A stretch of DNA of 64,000 nt from Candidatus Omnitrophota bacterium (GTDB taxonomy: Bacteria; Omnitrophota; Gorgyraeia; Gygaellales; Profunditerraquicolaceae): contig JALOQK010000003.1 of NCBI GenBank assembly GCA_025453395.1, positions 82,711 through 146,710 on the forward strand, written 5' to 3'. This document shows, in pieces, positions 57,575 to 64,000 of this stretch. Position 1 is the first letter of the stretch; each line of letters begins with the position of its first letter. A program made the translations under genes and the position numbers. The notes under the pieces are model-generated. The model was not told the DNA's origin and made no database searches. It saw only the letters and a list, made by a program, of their open reading frames with translations.

Positions 57575-57592
57575 ATAGTAAAATTTTACTAT
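57575..57592. promoter_or_regulatory. Perfect 18-bp palindromic operator candidate
   Basis: ATAGTAAAATTTTACTAT, between the promoter and the RBS. Confidence 0.65.
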
Positions 57593-57613
57593 ATTAAAAA
57601 AAGAAGGAAGTTT

Positions 57614-57892
57614 ATGGATTGGGATATAGAGGTAAAAGAGCGCCTAAAGCAGATGACTGCGAAGATTCCGGTTTTTCACCGGCACATTACCCAAAACGCG
57701 GTTACGCTTAAGGCGGAAGAAAACGCCCGCCAAAGAAACTGCCCCAAGGTGGAAGAAGTGGATGTCTTGGGCGCTTTTTTTTCGGATGTGCCTTCGCCAT
57801 TCTACAGTATGATGGTCAGGCTATTAGAGCAAAGCGGTTTTGACTATAAAAAATACGGTTTTCCTAAAACGAAACCCAAACTTATGGAGTGA
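57614..57892 (+). CDS. Small helical protein, PCP-reductase C-terminal / DUF2621-like
   Basis: M.W..E...RL....KIP.F.R......AE..A pattern; the family call is tentative. Confidence 0.55.
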   Translation: MDWDIEVKERLKQMTAKIPVFHRHITQNAVTLKAEENARQRNCPKVEEVDVLGAFFSDVPSPFYSMMVRLLEQSGFDYKKYGFPKTKPKLME

Positions 57893-58001
57893 TAACGCAC
57901 TCCTGCCTGCCGGCAGGCAGGTAAGTTTGAGGTTGAGTTTATCCCGACGAATATGCCAAAATTATGGAACAGAATTTTGGCATAGTTTATGAGTCGGGAT
58001 A
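57873..58001. repeat. Cluster of nested REP-like palindromes
   Basis: CAAACTTATGGAGTG/CACTCC..GTAAGTTTG stem; perfect CCTGCCTGCCGGCAGGCAGG (57902-21); TATCCCGAC/GTCGGGATA enclosing TATGCCAAAATT/AATTTTGGCATA. Confidence 0.75.
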
Positions 58002-58019
58002 GAGAAGCAATAAAATAGA

Positions 58020-59030
58020 ATGAAAATTGGGGTTATTGGCGCCGGGGCAATAGGCAACCTTGTTGCCGCGTATCTTAAATTAAAAGAAGAAGATGTTTTT
58101 CTTGCTGGCACAGCATCGTCTATTGATGCCATAAAGAAAAATGGCCTTGATGTTTCTGGTGTGCGCGGAGATTTTCATCTGTCTTTAGATTGCGGATTAT
58201 TGCTTAATGAAAAAAAAGACCTTGTAATACTGGCGGCCAAGACACAGGATTTAAAAGAAGCCCTTAACGCCAACTTAGATTTTATTAAAGGCGCTTTATT
58301 GGTTACTACGCAAAACGGCGTTGCCGCAGATAGTATTGCTGCTGGTTTTGCCCCCAAGGAAAATATTATCTCAAGCATTGTTATGTTTGGCGCTACTTAT
58401 TTAGAGCCGGGAAAAATAGTGCATAATTTTGAAGGAAGCTGGATTTTAGCAGGCGCCTTTGGCAAAAATAATAAAAAAACCCCGCAGGTATCAGAGGTTT
58501 TAAATAAAATATTCCCTTGTTTAGTAAGTGAAGATATCCGGGGGATGAAGTATTTAAAGATCTTTGTTAACGCCAACAATTGTATCCCGGCGGTATTAGG
58601 CCAGAGCATGCAGGAAGCGTTCTCTGACCTAGAAATAAGCAGAATCAGTATTGCTATTTGGAAAGAGGCCATGGATGTGGTTTCGCGCTCTAATATAAAA
58701 CTTGTTTCTCTGCCGGATTTTCCTCTTGAAAGGCTAGTGCGTATGACCCAAATGCCGATTTCCGAAGCCGCGCGCATTTATTCCGGGATCATGGCGTCTT
58801 TAAGCAAACAGCCCGTTTATGGCTCGATATTGCAGAGTATTAAACGTAAACGCGCTTCCGAAATAGATTACATTAATGGCGAATTCGTTTCTCTGGCAAA
58901 AGTCCATAATTCACAGGCGCCGCTTAATGAAATGCTGGTTAGTATGGTGCACAGGGTAGAAAAAACAGGGGATTTCTTTTCAAAAGAAGAGCTTTTGAGT
59001 AAAACCAAAGATTTAGTGGAGAAGATATGA
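58020..59030 (+). CDS. Ketopantoate reductase (PanE/ApbA)-family oxidoreductase
   Basis: GAGAIG, LAAKTQD, QNGV, KY.K..VN...N, SILQS....R.SEIDYING, AP.N. Confidence 0.85.
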   Translation: MKIGVIGAGAIGNLVAAYLKLKEEDVFLAGTASSIDAIKKNGLDVSGVRGDFHLSLDCGLLLNEKKDLVILAAKTQDLKEALNANLDFIKGALLVTTQNGVAADSIAAGFAPKENIISSIVMFGATYLEPGKIVHNFEGSWILAGAFGKNNKKTPQVSEVLNKIFPCLVSEDIRGMKYLKIFVNANNCIPAVLGQSMQEAFSDLEISRISIAIWKEAMDVVSRSNIKLVSLPDFPLERLVRMTQMPISEAARIYSGIMASLSKQPVYGSILQSIKRKRASEIDYINGEFVSLAKVHNSQAPLNEMLVSMVHRVEKTGDFFSKEELLSKTKDLVEKI

Positions 59031-59620
59031 GCGAAGTCAATACACCGTTCCCAAAACTAAGGTTAACCGTTAGCGCTGTTTATGGTGAATGTTACCATGG
59101 CTACAAAAAGGGCGACGAAATAATTTTAGAGGATTTTACCCACCCGCCAAAGCATTTTTGTCTGGGCCTGGCGCATGCCCTTTTTCCGGTAATTTACGCG
59201 TTAAGTTTCGGAGCAAGATTTCCCTTTCGTGACAATCAAAGGTCTTTATTGGTGACCTGCCCTGATGGTGGTAAGCTTGAATTTAAAGCTGAAATCTTAA
59301 ACAAAGATGGCAAGATAGAAGAAATGCCTAAGGATCCGAATTTCAAAGGGCCAAATCCAAAGAAGATGATAATTGAGGTGGTTGAGGCAAAAGGAAAATG
59401 TACTTTTGGTTATAAAGTAGGCGATAAATGGGAGACTTGTGGCTTGAAGTGTATTCCCGGATTTTGCGGAGCAGCATTTCATACTGCCTTTCCGGCATTG
59501 TTCGCGCTTAATTTTGGCGCCAAGTTCTTTTTTATGCAGGATCCAAATTCTATTGATACTGTAACTTGTCCCGATGGCGGGAACATTATATTTAAGGTAA
59601 AAAGGATTGAAGAGAAATAA
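59027..59620 (+). CDS. Tandem two-domain TIGR04076-like cysteine protein
   Basis: Two internal repeats, each G.C..GYK.GD ... FC..A.H..FP...AL.FGA.F ... VTCPDGG. Confidence 0.75.
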   Translation: MSEVNTPFPKLRLTVSAVYGECYHGYKKGDEIILEDFTHPPKHFCLGLAHALFPVIYALSFGARFPFRDNQRSLLVTCPDGGKLEFKAEILNKDGKIEEMPKDPNFKGPNPKKMIIEVVEAKGKCTFGYKVGDKWETCGLKCIPGFCGAAFHTAFPALFALNFGAKFFFMQDPNSIDTVTCPDGGNIIFKVKRIEEK

Positions 59621-59622
59621 TT

Positions 59623-60885
59623 ATGAATAAAAAACGCGTTGTGATTACAGGTTTAGGGGTTATATCCCCCAATGGCATTGGAAAAGATAATGTCTGGCAG
59701 GCGATGGTAAATGGAAAGTCCGCGGTGCGTAGGGTGGATAGTTTTGATGTTTCGGTTTTTAACACCAAGATTGCCGCCGAGGTTAGAGATTTTGATCCTT
59801 TTAAATTGGGCCTAACCCATGACGAGGCCATGCGTATGGACCGCTATGTGCAGTTTGGGGTTGTGGCAGCTGATATGGCGATAAAGGATAGTAAATTAGA
59901 TTTTTCTAAAGTAAACCTAGAGCGCGTGGGGGTGTGCCTTGCCAATGCCATCTGCGGCACAAAATATATGGAAGAAGAATTCGCCCTTGTTACTGATGAC
60001 GGGAGAAATCCCATTGATCCTTTAAAGGTGCGCCCTGATTTGTATGATGCCGCGATGTTTAATACTCCCTCCATAGAGATTTCCGCGCGTTATAAATTAA
60101 AAGGTTTCTGCAACACTCTTTCTACCGGTTGCACCGCCGGGACAGACTCGCTTGGATTCGGTTTAGAGGCCATTCAGGACGCAGAACAGGATATTATGGT
60201 CTGTGGCGCGGCCGAGGCGCCGATTACGCCGATTACCTTTGGGGCTTTTGACGTGGTCAATGTCTTGTCTGTGCATAATGATATTCCGGAACAGGCCTCC
60301 AGGCCGTTTGATAAGAAACGTAACGGCTTTGTGATTTCCGAGGGGGCAGGGATACTTATCTTGGAAGAATTAAGCCACGCCTTAAAAAGAAACGCGCATA
60401 TTTACGCGGAGGTATCGGGTTTTGGCACAAGCTGTAACGCCTTTCATATGACTGACCTGCCTTCTGACGGAACAGCTATGGCAAATTGTATTAATCTTGC
60501 CCTTGCCGATGCTTCTATGAAACCGCAGGAGATCGATTACATAAATGCCCATGGCTCTTCCACGCGCATGAACGATATCTTTGAGACTGCGGCCTATAAA
60601 ATGTCATTTGGGGATTACGCCTATAAATTGCCGGCAAGTTCCTTAAAATCCATGATCGGCCACCCGTTAGCTGCGGCAAACGCCATAGAGTTAGTGGTTT
60701 GTTGTTTTATTTTTAAGAATAATATTCTTCCTCCGACAATAAATCAAGAGGAGCGCGACCCTTTATGCGACTTGGATTATGTTTCAAACGTGGCACGGGA
60801 AAAGAAAGTAAATACAATATTAAAGACTTCAAGCGGTTTTTCAGGGATACATTCGGCCTTAATTGTGAAGAGGTTCAAAGAATAA
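59623..60885 (+). CDS. Type II PKS ketosynthase (KS-alpha)
   Basis: STGCTAG (Cys170), EAPITPIT...FD, SRPFD..RNGFV, NAFHMT, NAHGSST, KSMIGH, LKTSSGFSG. Confidence 0.88.
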   Translation: MNKKRVVITGLGVISPNGIGKDNVWQAMVNGKSAVRRVDSFDVSVFNTKIAAEVRDFDPFKLGLTHDEAMRMDRYVQFGVVAADMAIKDSKLDFSKVNLERVGVCLANAICGTKYMEEEFALVTDDGRNPIDPLKVRPDLYDAAMFNTPSIEISARYKLKGFCNTLSTGCTAGTDSLGFGLEAIQDAEQDIMVCGAAEAPITPITFGAFDVVNVLSVHNDIPEQASRPFDKKRNGFVISEGAGILILEELSHALKRNAHIYAEVSGFGTSCNAFHMTDLPSDGTAMANCINLALADASMKPQEIDYINAHGSSTRMNDIFETAAYKMSFGDYAYKLPASSLKSMIGHPLAAANAIELVVCCFIFKNNILPPTINQEERDPLCDLDYVSNVAREKKVNTILKTSSGFSGIHSALIVKRFKE

Positions 60886-60886
60886 A

Positions 60887-62119
60887 ATGGATAGAAAAAT
60901 AGCAATCACAGGTTTAGGGATAGTCGCTCCTTCGGGAATAGGCCGTAGGCAGTTTTGGGCAAACATTAAATCCGCAAGAAGCTTTGTGAAAAAGATCAAC
61001 CGTTTTGACGCTTCTCGGTATCCATCGCATATTGCCGGGCAAATTGATGAGCTTGATAAGTATAGCAATGTCTCCGAGCGGCTTCTAAAAAAGATGGATG
61101 CCTTTTCCCACATGGCGTTGATTGCTTCGGAGCTGGCGTTAGAGGATGCCAAGATTGATATAAAAAAAGAAGACCCGAATTTAGTGGGGATATTTTTGGG
61201 CAATGCCATTGGCGGCTGGCTTTATGCCGAAACAGAATTAAGGGACCTGTATATTGAGGGAAGAGACGGAGTTTCTCCTTATATGGCCTCAGCCTGGTTT
61301 CCGGCTGCGCCGCAGGGCCAGGTGTCTATTTATTACGGGATAAAAGGTTTTTCTAAGACCGTTGTTTCTGACCGCGCCAGCTCCCTTGACGCGTTAGGCT
61401 ATGCCAGAAAAACCATTTCTAAGGGCAAGCTAAATATGATTTTAGCCGGAGGCATGGAAGCGCCGGTTACTCCTTATGCTCTTTTATGCTGCAATACTTA
61501 TGGCGGGCTTTCCGTAGAGAATGATAACCCGGAAACAGCCTATAGGCCATTTGATAAGAAAAGAAGCGGGTTTGTTATTGCTGAAGGAGCCGGGATAGTG
61601 GTGTTAGAGCCGCAGGAAAGAGCTTGCAAGCGAAATGCTCCGGTTCAGGCCTATATCTGTGGTTATGGCTCTACCTGCGACGCAGTAGACAGGATTAATC
61701 CGGATAAAGAAGGCAAAGAATTAGCCCGCGCGATTAACATGGCTTTATCTGATGCTAACTTTTCTCCTGAAGATATTGATTATATAAGCCTTGATGGCTT
61801 AGCAGTGGGCGTGTGGGATGATTCAGAAATTAAAGCCCTAAAAGAGGTTTTTGGAAAGCGTATGGAAAAAATACCAGTTAGCTGCCCCAAGAGCATGTTT
61901 GGAAACTTATTGGGCGCATCTGGGGCGGTGGACCTTATCGCAACAATTTTAGCTATGGAGAATAATTTGATTCCGCCTACCATAAATGTAGAATCTTGCG
62001 CCTATGAAGGGATAAACTTGATTTGCAATAAGGCAGTTCCAGCAGAAATAAAAAAAGCGCTTATTATCTCCCGCGGCAGAGGCGGGATAAATTCAGTCTT
62101 GGCAATAGAGAAAGCATAA
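60887..62119 (+). CDS. Type II PKS chain-length factor (KS-beta/CLF)
   Basis: VSPY.ASAWF.A...GQVSI..G.KG, VVSDRASSLDALG (no catalytic Cys), LDG and GN in place of the two His, RGRGGINS; starts 1 nt after the KS stop. Confidence 0.88.
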   Translation: MDRKIAITGLGIVAPSGIGRRQFWANIKSARSFVKKINRFDASRYPSHIAGQIDELDKYSNVSERLLKKMDAFSHMALIASELALEDAKIDIKKEDPNLVGIFLGNAIGGWLYAETELRDLYIEGRDGVSPYMASAWFPAAPQGQVSIYYGIKGFSKTVVSDRASSLDALGYARKTISKGKLNMILAGGMEAPVTPYALLCCNTYGGLSVENDNPETAYRPFDKKRSGFVIAEGAGIVVLEPQERACKRNAPVQAYICGYGSTCDAVDRINPDKEGKELARAINMALSDANFSPEDIDYISLDGLAVGVWDDSEIKALKEVFGKRMEKIPVSCPKSMFGNLLGASGAVDLIATILAMENNLIPPTINVESCAYEGINLICNKAVPAEIKKALIISRGRGGINSVLAIEKA

Positions 62120-62212
62120 AGCGTAAAACGAAAAATTAAAAACCATAATTCAAAACTCAAAATTTTTAATTTTACACTATAGTTTTTCACTTTGAGCTTT
62201 TAGTTTTACGCT
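62111..62212. repeat. Inverted pair of degenerate 7-nt repeats between the CLF and radical SAM genes
   Basis: A-rich arm (aaagcat aaagcgt aaaacga ... aaactca) then T-rich arm; perfect AGCGTAAAAC (62120-29)/GTTTTACGCT (62203-12). Confidence 0.75.
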
Positions 62213-62227
62213 AAAAATGGAGGATTT

Positions 62228-63688
62228 ATGAAGATTTTATTTGTGATGCCTAAAGTTGGAGCCTGGGCTACCCACGGAATACATCGTTCGCCTAACCAGC
62301 TTTACGCGCATTGGGCCGCCTATGTCCGCGAAAGAGGCTATAAGGATATCGCGGTTATAGACGGAAAAGCTGATCAGACCCCTATGGATGAATTAGTCCA
62401 AAAGGTTAAAGTTATAAATCCCGATGTGGTAGTTATGGGTGAGCAGCTGCATGGTTATGGCGGATACGGGGTCCTAAGGCATTTTAAAGAAGCAGCGCAA
62501 AAGATTAAAAAGGCGCTTCCCAGGACTAAAATCATCTTAGGCGGCTTGTGGTATTCAGCTATGCCAGTACCCACCCTTGAGGAAAACCCGGAAGTAGATT
62601 TTATTGTCATGGGCGAAGAAGAATCCTTTGGCGATTTAATAGAAGCAATAGACAAAAAAACGGATCTTAAGAATGTAGGAGGGGTTACTTCTCGCGTAGA
62701 CGGACAAATTGTGATGGGGCCGCATAAACCATTAATGAAAGACTTGGATAAATTGCCTTTGCCGGCCTATGATTTGTTTCCCATGGATAAATATGTGGGC
62801 CACACTTATTGGAAACCATTTGTGGATATGGTAACAAGCCGCGGTTGTCCTTCGGCGTGCACATTTTGTTATGAGTGGGATCAATATGATCCTCGCCATC
62901 CTTCGGATTTTTTGACTTGGCGCGCCAAATCTCCAGAGAGAGTCATTGAGGAGATGGAAGTCCTGCAGAATAAATATGGGGTAAAGGTAGTAGTTATCCA
63001 GGATGATAATTTTAATGTCGACCCGGAACGGGTAAGAAAATTTTGTGAATTAAAAAAGAAGAAGAAAATTGATATTAAATGGGTTTCCTTAGGAAGAGCC
63101 ATTGACTGGGTGAATTGTGAACAAGTATTGCCATTAATGAAAGAAACCGGGCTTTTTATGGGAGTTTTCGGCATTGAGGTAACTACACAGTCAGAGCTTA
63201 AGAAAATCGCCAAGGGTATTACTCTTGATCAGATCCAGAAAACTATTGAGCTTTTGCGCAAACACGATATCGCCATTGTCGCGGATATTATGATGGGTTT
63301 TGATTATGACACCGAGCAGATTATTAAGAAGCGATTTGAATTTACCGATCAGGTTGATCCGGATATTTTGTGGGTGGGCTACGTAACCCCAGCTCCTAAT
63401 TCTCCGATGTGGAGGATCGCCATGAAGAAAAACTGGATCGATCCTAAGAAAGTTGATTTCAGCACTTGGGATTTTCTGCATCCGGTTATTCCTACGGATC
63501 ATCTTACTACCGAAGACTTAGGCAGGCTTGGCTCATGGTGCATGAGAGAATTTTTCTCTAAGCCCGGAAGAATACATAGGATCATGGAAAGCAATTTTGA
63601 TCCTCTAGCGAAGTTATGCTTTAAAGATGTTATGGATGGGATTAATAAATGGGAAAACGCAGCCACTAAAGGTGAAGTGCAGATATAG
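62228..63688 (+). CDS. Cobalamin-binding radical SAM enzyme (BchE-like architecture)
   Basis: N-terminal B12-binding-like domain (IILGG, DFIVMGE), LP.PAYDL, TSRGCPSACTFC, DDNF, FGIE, TP.P.SP. Confidence 0.9.
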   Translation: MKILFVMPKVGAWATHGIHRSPNQLYAHWAAYVRERGYKDIAVIDGKADQTPMDELVQKVKVINPDVVVMGEQLHGYGGYGVLRHFKEAAQKIKKALPRTKIILGGLWYSAMPVPTLEENPEVDFIVMGEEESFGDLIEAIDKKTDLKNVGGVTSRVDGQIVMGPHKPLMKDLDKLPLPAYDLFPMDKYVGHTYWKPFVDMVTSRGCPSACTFCYEWDQYDPRHPSDFLTWRAKSPERVIEEMEVLQNKYGVKVVVIQDDNFNVDPERVRKFCELKKKKKIDIKWVSLGRAIDWVNCEQVLPLMKETGLFMGVFGIEVTTQSELKKIAKGITLDQIQKTIELLRKHDIAIVADIMMGFDYDTEQIIKKRFEFTDQVDPDILWVGYVTPAPNSPMWRIAMKKNWIDPKKVDFSTWDFLHPVIPTDHLTTEDLGRLGSWCMREFFSKPGRIHRIMESNFDPLAKLCFKDVMDGINKWENAATKGEVQI

Positions 63689-63730
63689 CCCGCAGTTATG
63701 GACAGGTAAGAACTCAAAAAGAGGAGTAAG

Positions 63731-63961
63731 ATGGATACAAAAGCAAAAATAAAAGATACCTTTGTGAAGCTACTTAAAGTAAAGCCAGAAGAATTAAAAG
63801 ACGAAGTGTCTTTGGTAAATAGCATTGGAGTAGATTCAACCGAGATGGTGGAAGCCTTGATTGCCTTGGAGAAAGTCTTTAATACCAAGCTTGGGCCCAA
63901 AGAGATTACCAAGAATTCTACCATAAGCGAAATCGAAAAAGTTATTCAGTCCAAACTATAA
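63731..63961 (+). CDS. Acyl carrier protein
   Basis: 76 aa, GVDSTEMVE phosphopantetheine site (Ser36); SD GAGGAG. Confidence 0.9.
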   Translation: MDTKAKIKDTFVKLLKVKPEELKDEVSLVNSIGVDSTEMVEALIALEKVFNTKLGPKEITKNSTISEIEKVIQSKL

Positions 63962-63972
63962 GGCGGCATCTG

Positions 63973-64000
63973 ATGCGCATAATTGACTTGAGCCTTCCCA
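63973..64000 (+). CDS. Start of a probable cyclase-family (KynB-like) gene, cut by the window edge
   Basis: ATG 63973 gives MRIIDLSLP, a typical N-terminus of this family; only 9 codons visible. Confidence 0.45.

Noticed and set aside
59623-62119. Ordinary duplicated fabF, or a ladderane/aryl-polyene cluster
   Set aside because: The second KS lacks Cys/His/His and has CLF signatures, and the first has the aromatic KS STGCT motif; no FabG/FabZ in view, though the downstream part is unseen
40363-63688. Photosynthesis genes (Mg-chelatase-like ATPase, PCP-reductase-like domain, BchE-like enzyme)
   Set aside because: The ATPase is YifB/ComM, no bch/chl or reaction-centre genes are present, and the other two sit in a PKS operon

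Overview
A gene-dense bacterial window, almost entirely on the + strand. I see no rRNA, tRNA, CRISPR array or transposase. The gene repertoire (TolC/RND, O-antigen ligase, Rex, PAC2, TMTC-like and PilX-like proteins, B12 radical SAM) suggests an anaerobic diderm, and my impression, which is inference only, is a Candidatus Omnitrophota-like lineage. Housekeeping genes (purH, folC, mnmE, folE, accA, comM/yifB) are mixed with envelope/glycosylation genes, an RND efflux operon and minor-pilin genes. The main candidates for undescribed biology are: (1) at the right end, an aromatic-type (KS/CLF/ACP) type II polyketide synthase operon with an atypical CLF, a B12-dependent radical SAM enzyme, a tandem TIGR04076-like Cys protein, a PanE-like reductase and the start of a cyclase-like gene, all behind a consensus promoter with a perfect 18-bp operator; (2) a dispersed family of 7-nt-period repeats that occur as intergenic inverted pairs, as in-frame insertions in purH, folC (twice) and mnmE, and between the SD and ATG of accA; (3) two Ddl-like ATP-grasp ligases plus a KamA aminomutase, followed by an EF-G paralogue and a YchF paralogue with no P-loop; (4) a PilZ-TM-coiled-coil-glycosidase-like fusion next to a eukaryote-type hexokinase. 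All family calls come from reading motifs by eye; no database searches were run.
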